The notes beneath the pieces were generated by a model that worked only from the letters and a program-made list of their open reading frames with translations, had not been told where the DNA came from and searched no databases. A stretch of 64,000 nucleotides of DNA from a virus, in IMG/VR virus record IMGVR_UViG_3300036792_000363, positions 60,774 to 124,773 of that record; one strand, 5' to 3'. Shown here in pieces: positions 31,670 through 40,887 of the stretch; the stretch's first letter is position 1, and every line of letters begins with the position of its first letter. The position numbers and the translations under genes were made by a program.

Positions 31670-32835
31670 GTCTCCCCCAGCAGGGTCCTCAGCTCGTTGA
31701 TGGGGGCCGGGGCGGCCTCCGGGGAGGACATCGGCACGGGGGCGTCCAGCGCCTGCGGGCACAGCCTGCGGGCGATCATCGCCGCGGCCAGCGTCACGCC
31801 GGCCTCGCGGTCGTCGGGCCGGACGCGGGCGAGCACGTCCCACAGCACGGCCAGGGCGGCGTGCGCGCGGGCCGGGCCCAGCCGGGCGGCCAGCTCCCTG
31901 CGCGCCTCCAGCGCCTGCCCCTGCGCGGGGACCTGCGCGCCGCACGACAGCACCAGCACGTCGCGCAGGCAGCGCGACAGCTCCCTCACCACGTGGGCGG
32001 GGTCCCCCAGCGACGACAGCGCGCCGTCGAGGGCCGCGTACATGGCCGGGTAGTCGCCGTCGGCGGCCGCCTTCAGCAGGACGGGGGCGAAGTCGGTCTC
32101 CCCGGTCAGCTCGCGCCACAGCGCCACGCTGGTGATCCCGGCGGCGGCCATCTGGTCGAGGCGCACCAGCGCGTCCCGCACCCGCCCGCCCGACACCTCC
32201 GCCAGTTCCGCCAGCAGCTCCGGCTCGGCGTCGAACCCCTCCGCCGCGCACACCTTCTCCAGCCGCTCCAGGACCTGCCCGGCAGGCAGCGCCCGGAACT
32301 GGAACGGGCTGCAGCGGCCGCGGATCGTCTCCGGCAGCGCCATCGGCTGGGTGGTGAGCAGGATGAACACCGTGCGCGGCGGGGGCTCCTCCAGGATCTT
32401 CAGCAGCGTCTCGGCCCCCGGGCCGCTCATCGCGTGCGCCTCGTCGATCAGGAACACCCGGTACCCGGGCCCCGCCGGCCCGTACTGCGCCCGCTGGCGC
32501 AGCTCGCGCATCATCTCCACCGTCCCGTTGGACGCGGCGTCCACCTCGTCCACGTCCAGCGAGTTCCCGGCCAGGATGGCCGTGCAGCTGGCGCACGAGC
32601 CGCACGGCCACTGGCCGGGCGGCCCGGGCGGCGCCTCGCAGTTGATCGCGCCGGCCACGATCCGCCCCAGCGTCGTCTTGCCGCTGCCGGACTCGCCCGA
32701 CAGCAGGACGGCGGGGGGGAGGGTGCCCCGCTTGGCCATCAGGTACAGCAGCACCACCACCGGGCGCTGTCCGGCCACGTCCCCGAACGTGCGCGGACGG
32801 TACTTGGTCGCCAGCGCCTCGCGGGCGTCACTCAT
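31666..32835 (-). CDS. dnaX: DNA polymerase III gamma/tau-like clamp loader ATPase
   Basis: LATKYRPRTFGDVAGQ, GESGSGKTT, four-Cys zinc motif, EVDAASN, FLIDEAHAM, ETIRGRC. Confidence 0.9.
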   Translation of the reverse strand: MSDAREALATKYRPRTFGDVAGQRPVVVLLYLMAKRGTLPPAVLLSGESGSGKTTLGRIVAGAINCEAPPGPPGQWPCGSCASCTAILAGNSLDVDEVDAASNGTVEMMRELRQRAQYGPAGPGYRVFLIDEAHAMSGPGAETLLKILEEPPPRTVFILLTTQPMALPETIRGRCSPFQFRALPAGQVLERLEKVCAAEGFDAEPELLAELAEVSGGRVRDALVRLDQMAAAGITSVALWRELTGETDFAPVLLKAAADGDYPAMYAALDGALSSLGDPAHVVRELSRCLRDVLVLSCGAQVPAQGQALEARRELAARLGPARAHAALAVLWDVLARVRPDDREAGVTLAAAMIARRLCPQALDAPVPMSSPEAAPAPINELRTLLGET

Positions 32836-33061
32836 CGGGCCTCCTGCGTATGTCAGCGCCGAGGAACACGGGCCCCGGCTCGGTCTCGGGGGCGACGGGG
32901 AGCCCGGCCGCGCACACCGGGCCGGCGGACGCCAGCTGGTACCCGAACTCGGCCCCGCACTGCGGGCACGCGTAGTACCGCGCGTCCCCGGCCTGCTCCG
33001 GCTCCGCCTCCGAATAGCACTGCGGGCACTGCGCGGGCTCCGCCAGCAGGGGCTCAGCCAC
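32828..33061 (-). CDS. Small zinc-ribbon protein (CPQC...CPQC)
   Basis: Two CxxC pairs; coupled to neighbours. Confidence 0.65.
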   Translation of the reverse strand: MAEPLLAEPAQCPQCYSEAEPEQAGDARYYACPQCGAEFGYQLASAGPVCAAGLPVAPETEPGPVFLGADIRRRPDE

Positions 33062-33203
33062 CCTGCTGGTCCGGGTCCCCGGTCTCGTCGTCCACCGGCC
33101 TGGTGAACCCTCTGCCCGCCCAGTCCTCCTCGGCGGCGGGCGGCGGCCCCCCGTAAGGCTGGCCGAATTGGTGCGCCCTGCCGCTGAATCCGGGACTGTC
33201 CAC
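33054..33203 (-). CDS. 49-aa acidic hypothetical protein (MDSPGFSGRAHQFGQPY...)
   Basis: GGGGAG SD 7 nt before GTG; overlaps next start. Confidence 0.45.
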   Translation of the reverse strand: MDSPGFSGRAHQFGQPYGGPPPAAEEDWAGRGFTRPVDDETGDPDQQGG

Positions 33204-33240
33204 AGGCTTCTCCCCACCGCGTGGAAAACATCTGGTGCCC

Positions 33241-36093
33241 TGTTAATACGCCCGCGGCGGGAAGGGCGGCGATGACCCGCCCCGCGGCCTCGTCGGCGCA
33301 GCGCGGGCACAGGCCCTCCGGCCAGGGCGCCCCCAGCAGGCTGACCGGCACCGGCGCGCCGCACCCGGCGCAGGCGCCGGCGCCGCCGGAGAAGAACTCC
33401 ACCCGGCGGGCGGTGTAGCGGGCCGCCTCGATCCAGCTGGGCCGCCCCATCAGCGCGGCGTAGGCCTGGTACGGCCCGATCCTGCCGTTCAGCACCATCC
33501 GCAGCACGATCCTGCGCCCGTCGCGGGCGACCCAGAAATCAGCGACGTGCTCCCTGGCGTCCCCGTGCTGCGCGGTGGCCCCCACGTAGAAGCTGTCGGC
33601 CCGCACCAGGACCGGCACCTCCTGCGCCTCCGCCCACCAGCGCAGCCGCGCCGCCACCTCGGCGGCGGGGTCGGCCACCTCCAGTTCCCACAGGCTGGCG
33701 GGGCGGGGCGGCAGCCGCGCGCCGGGCGGCAGCTCCCCGAACTCCCCGCGCCATTCCAGGTGCGGGGCAAGCTCGTCGCCGAACGCGGCCAGGAACCACG
33801 GCAGCCCGGCGTCGTCGCGGCGGGTGACGCCGAACTCGGCGTAGTCGGCGCCGGTGGACCGGTCCCGGTAGGCGGTGGAGCCCGACACCAGCCGGACGGT
33901 GGCGGGCGCGATGGGCGGGAACCCGGTCCGCTCGCACGCCCGGTAGGCGGCGCGGCGGATGATGAACGCCAGCGAGGAGTTGGAGACGAACCGGAACGCC
34001 TCCGGCCGCTCCACCCGCAGCCGCAGCTTCAGCGCCACGGTGGAGTGGTCGAGCGGGGTCACCGGGTCGGCCGCCAGGTCGCGGTCGGCGGCGGTCACGC
34101 GGTCCCGGCGGATCTCCAGGTCGCGGCGGTCGCACGCCCCGCACGCGTTCCCCTGGCAGCGCTGGTCGCAGCGGTCGACCCACTCGTTGCCGTGGTAGCC
34201 CTCGTCGCACAGGTCGTCGTAGGTGCCCGCGCTGGTGCCGGTGAGCAGGTCCACCATGTCGCGGTAAACCCGCCACATGAGGGACTTCTCCACGCCGGTG
34301 TCGATGTGCTCCCAGCCGAGCAGGTCGTGCTCGAACCGCTCGCCGAAGATGTCGGCCAGCCCGTTGCGGAACCCGCGGCCGATGAGGGCGGCGTCCAGCC
34401 GCTCGGGCGTGTCCTTGGGGAACCCGCCCCAGCTGGCGACGCCCAGGCCCTCGATCACGTCGACGATCGCCTCGCCCGCGTCCCGGCTGGCGCGCTGGCA
34501 CGCCTGGAAGAACGCCAGCTTGGCCGGGTTGGCCTTGCTGCCGATCTTCACCCAGATCCGGTGCTCGCGCAGCGCGTCGAACGCGGGCTGCAGCGAGTAG
34601 TCGGGCGGGGTCACCTCGAACCACTGCATCGGGGTCTGCGCCTCGATGAGCAGCGGCGTCCAGCTCATGATGATCTGCACGCCGGCCGCGTCGGGCCCGA
34701 AGCCGTCGCGGACGTCGGCCAGCCGCTTCCCCAGGTCCACGATCCGCATGACGTCGCGCTCGGTCTCGCCCGGCCAGTTGGTGATCATGTAGAGCTTCAC
34801 CTTGCGGATGCCGGCGCCGATGGCCTGGGCGACGGCGCGCACCACGTCCTCGTCGGAGGTGCCCTTCCCGGCCAGGTCCCGCATCAGCTGGCTGTTGCCC
34901 TCCAGCCCGAACGTGATGGCCTCGGTGCCGCCGATCTGCATCACCATCGACAGCTGGGGGTCGGCGGTGTAGTCGTCGATCCGCATGCTGGACGCGTTCA
35001 CCCGCCCGGTGACGTTCTCCAGCAGCCCCGCAATCAGTGCCTTTTTCAGCGTGTGCGCGGGCGGGTCGGGGGCCACCAGGGAGATCTCGGTCGAGCCCAT
35101 GTTCCGCCGCCACTTCCCGGCGCGGGCGATCGTCCGTTCCGGGTCCTCCTGCCGCTGCGGCTTGGTGACCCACCCGAGCTTGCAGAACACGCACCAGTTG
35201 TCGCAGCCGCGGGCCATCTCCACGTCGCCGGAGCCCATGCTCGGGTCGGAGAACAGCACCGGCGCCGACGTCATCAGGTCGGCGGCGTTGAGGTCGTGCA
35301 CCCGGCGGGCGCGGAACCGCGGCCCGACCCCGGGCACCAGCGGGTAGGAGCGCGAGACCATCTTCGTCGGCTCGGGCAGCCCGCGGTCCTCGTACCGGTA
35401 GGAGAACGCGGTGAAGCGCGGGAAGTACAGGAAGTTGAACTCGCGGGCGAGGGCCAGGTAGCAGCCCTCGCGGTCAGCCTGCCACGACCCGGCGCTCTTG
35501 AACTGCGCGATGCGCTCGCACACCGCGCCGATGCCGGGGTTGCCGGGCTCGTCCTCGGCCTCCCCCAGCCACACGCAGTCGACCACCGGGGCCATGAACT
35601 CGGGCGCGCAGTAGGCCAGCCCGCCGACCATGACCATGGGGTAGTCCTCGGCCCTGGCCTGGCGGTCCGCCCAGCGCAGGGGGACGCCGCTCATCGACAG
35701 GTACTTGCAGAAGTTGACCAGCAGCACCGTGTAGCTGATGGACGTGCCCACCACGTCGAAGTCGCGCAGCTGGCGCCTGCTCTCGATGCCGAACGCCGGG
35801 ACCTGGCCCTTCTCCAGCAGGTCCATGTCGCGCTGGGTGGCGGGCAGGTACCAGCGGTCGGCCAGGTTCCGCGGCCCCGCCTTGTGCACCGCGTCGTAGA
35901 TCACCGGCATGGCCATGTTGCCGGCCGCCTGGCTGTAGTCCCAGGACGCGGCCAGCAGGCAGCGCACGTCGGTGTGCTCCCACGACCGCCGCTCGGCGTT
36001 CGGCTCGGTGCCCAAAAATTGTCCGGGCCCATCAAATCTATATAGATTTGCGTCCAACCATCGAGCGATTGAATCTGGCGAGCGGCCTGCCAC
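33241..36093 (-). CDS. Radical SAM enzyme, TIGR03960-like domain fused to TIGR03936/DUF2344-like domain and C-terminal zinc ribbon (about 950 aa; frame stays open into dnaX)
   Basis: RGCDNWCVFCK (CxxxCxxC), FGIESRRQLRDFDVVGTS, KVKLYMITNWPGET, RFVSNSSLAFIIRRAAYRA. Confidence 0.8.
33244..33250 (-). promoter_or_regulatory. Class II promoter motif CGTATTA upstream of the dnaX operon
   Basis: Motif match. Confidence 0.55.
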
Positions 36094-36550
36094 AAAGAGT
36101 CACCTCCTCCCCCTCGAAGTACGCCACCTTGGCGCATGCCACAGCCAATTGCGTCAGCCGCCGGTCCGACAACAAAGGACCGACCAACACCAGAAACTCC
36201 CAGGCCCGCTTGCCGTTTAGATACAGATAGCTAATGCCGTCCACTCCAGGATTGCCCATACTGCCCCCGAAGTACCGACGAAGGAACACCAATGGCTGCA
36301 CGTCCTTCTGGGGCAGGGTCACACGCAACGACCCGCCATGGCAGTCCGCACTTCCCTCGCCCTCGTAAAACCCAGCAGCGTACCCAATCTCTAGAGGACC
36401 GGGAATTAGCTCGGGGGCGGTTCTCTCAGGCGGGTTGTTCCATCGGAACCGGTCTGCGCACCTCCGGCAGCGTGCCGCGTAGTGATATTTGGCGTTACCG
36501 CACTCACAAAATGGACCACAACGCGGGTCCGACGCAGGGATGCTCGGCAT
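36038..36550 (-). CDS. LAGLIDADG homing endonuclease with N-terminal zinc finger
   Basis: IGYAAGFYEGEGS helix, VTLPQKD, FLRRYFGG; markedly lower GC. Confidence 0.85.
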   Translation of the reverse strand: MPSIPASDPRCGPFCECGNAKYHYAARCRRCADRFRWNNPPERTAPELIPGPLEIGYAAGFYEGEGSADCHGGSLRVTLPQKDVQPLVFLRRYFGGSMGNPGVDGISYLYLNGKRAWEFLVLVGPLLSDRRLTQLAVACAKVAYFEGEEVTLCGRPLARFNRSMVGRKSI

Positions 36551-37206
36551 AACTCACTCTCCCCTTCGAAAACCCGCGTCAGCCCGTCCGGCCCGAGCGT
36601 CAGGCGGATGAGCTGGTCGGCGTACTGCGCGTAGGTCACGCTGTGGGCGGACAGGACGATCTGCACCCCCGCCTGGTAGGCCGCCTCGCGCAGGAACGCG
36701 GCCACCCGGTCGGCGTAGCTCTCGCTCACGTGCGCGAAGCTCTCGTCCAGGAACAGGACCTGCCGCGCGCCCGGCGTGAACAGCAGCATGACCAGCCGCA
36801 TCATGAACCCGGCGACCGCCGCCATCCCGCCACCGCGGGCGTCGAGCACGGAAGTCTCCGTTATCGTACCGCCGTAGTCGGAGCGGATGACGGGCTCCAG
36901 CGTGGGCTGCCCGCCGGTCTCCCCCGGCACCAGGCCGAACGACAGCTCCGGCCCGAAGATGATCTGCAGCGCCCGGGTGACCGCGCCCTCGAACCGGGCC
37001 CGGTCGTCCTCCTGCTTGCGCTCGCTGATGGTGGTGAGCAGCAGCGCCACCTTGGCGTGCAGCTCCGCCGCGGCCTCCAGCCGGGCGATCTCCGCGTTCA
37101 CCGCGGCGGCGTCGGCCCGCACCTGCTGCGCCCGGCCGGTCTCCCGGTCGACCTGCTGGCGGGCCAGCCGGACGCGCTCGGCGAGCGCGGCGGCGTCAGC
37201 GGTCAC
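36406..37206 (-). CDS. sbcC: SbcC/Rad50 C-terminal half (coiled coil + ABC signature/Walker B)
   Basis: LDARGGG signature, LFLDESFAHVS Walker B/D-loop, VLSAHS H-loop; reads 48 codons into the HEG. Confidence 0.8.
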   Translation of the reverse strand: MTADAAALAERVRLARQQVDRETGRAQQVRADAAAVNAEIARLEAAAELHAKVALLLTTISERKQEDDRARFEGAVTRALQIIFGPELSFGLVPGETGGQPTLEPVIRSDYGGTITETSVLDARGGGMAAVAGFMMRLVMLLFTPGARQVLFLDESFAHVSESYADRVAAFLREAAYQAGVQIVLSAHSVTYAQYADQLIRLTLGPDGLTRVFEGESELCRASLRRTRVVVHFVSAVTPNITTRHAAGGAQTGSDGTTRLREPPPS

Positions 37207-37376
37207 TGGGGCTCCTGCAGCGTCCAGTGCCACAGGTGGATGTTCTCGGCGACCTCGGGATGCGCCGACAGGTAGTCCACCATCTCCGCCGGGCTGTCGA
37301 ACTTCACCTGCGCGTGCGCGTCGGTGATGGACACCGACTGGGGCGGCGGCCGGAAGCGGCCGAGCAGCCACGACAT
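37203..37376 (-). CDS. Small hypothetical protein (57 aa)
   Basis: Coupled overlaps at both ends. Confidence 0.55.
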   Translation of the reverse strand: MSWLLGRFRPPPQSVSITDAHAQVKFDSPAEMVDYLSAHPEVAENIHLWHWTLQEPQ

Positions 37377-37594
37377 CAGGGGTTCACCGCCGAGATGGCC
37401 GCGGTGACGGCCCGCATGTGCCGCGGGGTCCCCGCGCCGCGCCCGCGGTCGTAGGCCGCGTAGACCTCCCGCTGCAGCGGCCCGGGCACCTGCCCCCAGT
37501 GCCCTCCGCACATCAGCTTGTTCCTCGGCACCTGCGCCTTGCACAAGTGCCCGGGGCACTTGTGCGTGTTCTGCACTGCCTGCGCCATCGTCAT
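37376..37594 (-). CDS. Small Cys/His zinc-binding protein
   Basis: HKCPGHLC...MCGGHW motif; AAGGAG SD. Confidence 0.65.
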   Translation of the reverse strand: MTMAQAVQNTHKCPGHLCKAQVPRNKLMCGGHWGQVPGPLQREVYAAYDRGRGAGTPRHMRAVTAAISAVNP

Positions 37595-37600
37595 TCTCCT

Positions 37601-38800
37601 TCAGTAGCCGAGCCGGCCGGGGACCTGCTGGGGGCAGGTCCCCATCACGCCGGCCTCGATGTCCTCCAGCAGCAGCGGGAACCGCCGCTGCCCGCTGTCG
37701 GGTGCCAGCCGGAAGTCGCAGACGGGCGACGGGTGCGCCGCCAGCATCGCCTCCAGGAACCCGGCGTTGACCACCGCCTGCTGCTCGTCGGCGCCGGGCT
37801 GCCAGTCGTCGCCGACCTTGGCGGACCAGTCGGCGGCCGGGATGACCTCCTCGGAGCTGTTGCCGTCGGGGTCGCGGGCGGTGACGGCCAGGGTGGCCCG
37901 GCCGTCCGCCACGGCGGCGCGCAGCGCCACGGCCGACGACCGCGGGTTGGCGTTGATCCGGGCCCGGCGCAGCGCGCCCGCCAGGTCGGCCTTGTCCACC
38001 GTCAGCCGGCGGCTGTGCCCGGCGACCGGCTGCAGGAACTGGCTGTCGACGTCGGGGAACTCGCGGGTCGACCTGGCGGCGGCCAGCGTCACCCGCCCGA
38101 TGCGGAACACCACGCACGCCTCGGTCTCCCCTGCCTCCACCGTCTCGCCCTCGGGGCTCTTGGCCAGGATCTTCAGCAGGTCGTCCAGCGCGGTCAGCGG
38201 CACCGACACCGGGAACGGGAAACCGGGGACGGCCGCGCGGGCGAACTGCCCGCTGTCGGACGCCATCGCGCACATGACCCCGCCCGACATGCCGATCCGC
38301 ACCTGGGTGAACTCGGGCCGGCCCAGGTCCCGGCCGACCGCGTGCTTCACCGTCTGCAGCGCCGACAGCAGCCCCTTGCGGTCGACCGCGGCGAACTCGG
38401 CCCCTGACAGGTCCGGCAGCCCGATGTAGGACTTGGCGGGCCACAGCCGCAGCGACCACGACGCGGACCCGGCGGTCACCTTCGCGGCCGCGCCCTTCAC
38501 CGCCACGGTGACGTCCCCCTCGGGGGCGGCCGCCAGCATCTCGCGCAGCTTGCGGGCCGGGATGAGGGCCTCGCCGCCGGTCTTGGACTCCACCGTCGGC
38601 GTGGAGGCGATCACCGTCAGCTGCTGGTCGGTCCCGGCCAGCGTCAGCAGCTCGGGGGTGACGGTGACCTTGAAGCACCCGTTGACCGGCAGCGTCGGCG
38701 AGCCCGGCACCGCCTGCACCGCCCACTCCGCCAGCTGCGCCAGCCACCCCCGCCGGGTGGTGAACGCCCAGTTCCCGTAGTCCGCCCCGCCGTCGCTCAT
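37601..38800 (-). CDS. dnaN: DNA polymerase III beta sliding clamp
   Basis: LAGTD, ALIPARKLREML, AMASDSGQFA, EFPDV, VNAGFL three-domain pattern. Confidence 0.85.
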   Translation of the reverse strand: MSDGGADYGNWAFTTRRGWLAQLAEWAVQAVPGSPTLPVNGCFKVTVTPELLTLAGTDQQLTVIASTPTVESKTGGEALIPARKLREMLAAAPEGDVTVAVKGAAAKVTAGSASWSLRLWPAKSYIGLPDLSGAEFAAVDRKGLLSALQTVKHAVGRDLGRPEFTQVRIGMSGGVMCAMASDSGQFARAAVPGFPFPVSVPLTALDDLLKILAKSPEGETVEAGETEACVVFRIGRVTLAAARSTREFPDVDSQFLQPVAGHSRRLTVDKADLAGALRRARINANPRSSAVALRAAVADGRATLAVTARDPDGNSSEEVIPAADWSAKVGDDWQPGADEQQAVVNAGFLEAMLAAHPSPVCDFRLAPDSGQRRFPLLLEDIEAGVMGTCPQQVPGRLGY

Positions 38801-39045
38801 GCCGCGCTCCCTGTCAGCTGCTCTTCCACGTTGGCGGCCTCCGCCGCCACCTGCTGGCGCAGCAGCGCCAGCAGCCGCTCCGCGTCCTCCAGGCCGTCGG
38901 CCTGGAACTCAGCGCGCAGCTCCTCGGCCGCCAGCCGCTCCCTGGTCTCCGCCTCGGCCACCCCGGCGGCCGCGGCGGCGTGCCGCCGGCCTGCCTCCTC
39001 CGCCTCGCGGCGGAGCCTCGCCACCTGCTGCGCGATGTCTTCCAT
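38797..39045 (-). CDS. 82-aa coiled-coil protein, possible middle segment of split SbcC
   Basis: Pure heptad helix; GGTAGTA-N6-ATG start. Confidence 0.65.
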   Translation of the reverse strand: MEDIAQQVARLRREAEEAGRRHAAAAAGVAEAETRERLAAEELRAEFQADGLEDAERLLALLRQQVAAEAANVEEQLTGSAA

Positions 39046-39046
39046 G

Positions 39047-39892
39047 TCAGCTACTACCGGCGGTGAGGGCGGCGCGCCCGGTGCGGCCGATGGGCGGCGC
39101 GAACTTGGGGCAGACGCGCTGCACGTCGCACCAGTCGCAGCCCTCGTCATCCGCTTTTGGGTGCACCCGGCCTGCCCAGATGTCGTGGGCGGTCCGCTCG
39201 ATCCGCCACGACATCTCCCGCACGGCCGTCATGCCGACGTCGAACGGCAGCACCTGCTCCGAGCACATGGGCTGGATGATGCCGGTCTTCACCGGCAGCC
39301 GTCCCCGCATCGCGGCCACCGCGATGGCGTAGAACGCCAGCTGCCCCAGCACCTTCTTGTAGTACTGGTCGTTCTGGGTCGCCTTCAGGTCCCAGACGAC
39401 GATGCGCCCCTGGCTGTCCTCCACCAGCAGGTCCATCTCGCCGATGAGGATGATCCCCCGCGGCTCGCCGTCCAGGCCGGTGATGGTGACCGGCACCTCG
39501 AACCGCCTCGCCGGGGTCCAGGTGAACGGCAGCGCGTACCGGTTGAGGATCTTCTCCAGCCGTTTGACCAGCTCGCGGCAGAACGCCAGCAGCTGCGCCC
39601 GGTCGTCGGCGTGCTTCCACTTGACGATCCCCTCTTTCGAGGGCTTGCTGCACTCGTCGAGCAGCTCCTCGATGTGCGCCAGCATCCACCCCGGGGGCGG
39701 CTCCTCGAACTCCAGCCAGCGCCGCATCGCCAGGTCGGTCGCGTTGCCGTGCACGAAGTTGCGGTTGTCGAACAGCGGGGACCGGTTCCCCCTGCGCAGG
39801 TCGTACTTGGCCGGGCACTCGTCATGGGTTCGCAGCCGGCTCCAGGACAGCCGCAGCGGCTTCGGCGCTTCCAGGACCGCCAGGTCGCTCAA
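39047..39892 (-). CDS. PD-(D/E)XK exonuclease (RecB/Cas4-like, Fe-S Cys)
   Basis: LSWSRL..HDECPAKY, GEMDLLVE...VWDLKAT, QLAFY, CDWCDVQRVC. Confidence 0.85.
   Translation of the reverse strand: MSDLAVLEAPKPLRLSWSRLRTHDECPAKYDLRRGNRSPLFDNRNFVHGNATDLAMRRWLEFEEPPPGWMLAHIEELLDECSKPSKEGIVKWKHADDRAQLLAFCRELVKRLEKILNRYALPFTWTPARRFEVPVTITGLDGEPRGIILIGEMDLLVEDSQGRIVVWDLKATQNDQYYKKVLGQLAFYAIAVAAMRGRLPVKTGIIQPMCSEQVLPFDVGMTAVREMSWRIERTAHDIWAGRVHPKADDEGCDWCDVQRVCPKFAPPIGRTGRAALTAGSS
39052..39058 (-). promoter_or_regulatory. Class II promoter motif GGTAGTA, 6 nt before ATG 39045
   Basis: N6 spacing. Confidence 0.65.
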
Positions 39893-40872
39893 CGCCCGCC
39901 CCCGTAGGCCGCTTCCGCCAGCAGCTCCGACGCCAGGTCGACCTGCGCCGGGTCGAGCCCCAGCGACTTGATGTGAGCGATGACGCCCTCGATGCTCAGC
40001 ACGTCCATCTGCGCGGTGCCCACCTGCTCCAGGAACCCGGACAGCAGCGCGCGGGAGGTGACCACCCGCTCGTGCTCGCGCAGCCGGAACACCTCCTCCG
40101 GCGGCCGGGCCCGCAGCGGGGCGAAGGTGAACTGCCCGGTCACGGTGTCCCACAGCGTGCACCCGACCTGCCGGCCCGGGTCCAGGTTGTAGTCGTCCAG
40201 GCTGCCCCGGGAGATGGCCCCGTTGTTGCAGAACGTCAGCCCGCCGTGCTCCCACACGCCGTGCGGCTCGTGGATGTGCCCGTAGAACAGCCCGTGGCCC
40301 ATGTCCCCGTCCTCGGCGGCCGTCGACCACCAGCCGGCCGGGGTGCACTCGGCCCCCTCGTAGCGCGGCACCTTGTCCGGCGGGTAGATGGGCGCGTGGG
40401 AGACGATCAAGGTCCGGCTGAAAACGCTCTCGCGGAAGTCCCCCAGCGCGGCGGCGACCCGAGCCTCCGACCAGTCCTGCTGCCAGGGCACGCCGTACAC
40501 CGGCAGGCTGCCCTCGGCCCAGCCCTCCAGCCGCTGCGCCCCGGCCTCGTACAGCACCCCGAGCGGCTGGGTCGCCTCGATCGAGTCGAGCCGGTCGTTC
40601 TGCAGGTCGTGGTTGCCCGGGGTGATGAGCACCGGGCACGGGTACGCCTTAATCACTCTTATCAGGTCGAGGATCACGCCGTACGTGGTCCGCCCGGGGG
40701 CCTTGTGGTGCAGCACGTCGCCCGCCCAGGCCACCGCCAGCACCTCGTGCTCGCGCGCCAGCGCCACGCTCTGCCACAGCAGGTCGAGCAGGTCGGGCCA
40801 GTACGCGTCGGTGCACGACGACGGCGGCCGGTAGGTGGCGTGGATGTCGGACAGGCACAGGATCTCACCCAT
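39889..40872 (-). CDS. sbcD: SbcD/Mre11 metallophosphoesterase nuclease
   Basis: LSDIH, AGDVLH, PGNHD, VSHA, GHIH. Confidence 0.9.
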   Translation of the reverse strand: MGEILCLSDIHATYRPPSSCTDAYWPDLLDLLWQSVALAREHEVLAVAWAGDVLHHKAPGRTTYGVILDLIRVIKAYPCPVLITPGNHDLQNDRLDSIEATQPLGVLYEAGAQRLEGWAEGSLPVYGVPWQQDWSEARVAAALGDFRESVFSRTLIVSHAPIYPPDKVPRYEGAECTPAGWWSTAAEDGDMGHGLFYGHIHEPHGVWEHGGLTFCNNGAISRGSLDDYNLDPGRQVGCTLWDTVTGQFTFAPLRARPPEEVFRLREHERVVTSRALLSGFLEQVGTAQMDVLSIEGVIAHIKSLGLDPAQVDLASELLAEAAYGGGR

Positions 40873-40878
40873 GCCTCT

Positions 40879-40885
40879 TACTACG
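40879..40885 (-). promoter_or_regulatory. Class II promoter motif CGTAGTA, 6 nt before sbcD ATG
   Basis: N6 spacing. Confidence 0.65.
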
Positions 40886-40887
40886 GA

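Noticed and set aside
31666-36093. Single 1475-aa protein as annotated by the ORF track
   Set aside because: Two unrelated domains joined by non-codon-biased sequence overlapping other genes; split into rSAM and dnaX, readthrough reported as a finding
36038-36550. Intein or group I intron interpretation of the LAGLIDADG ORF
   Set aside because: It has its own SD, start and stop, lies between genes, and shows no intein termini or intron core
39047-39892. CRISPR-Cas4 system
   Set aside because: No repeat-spacer array or other cas genes; Cas4-like PD-(D/E)XK nucleases are common phage recombination genes
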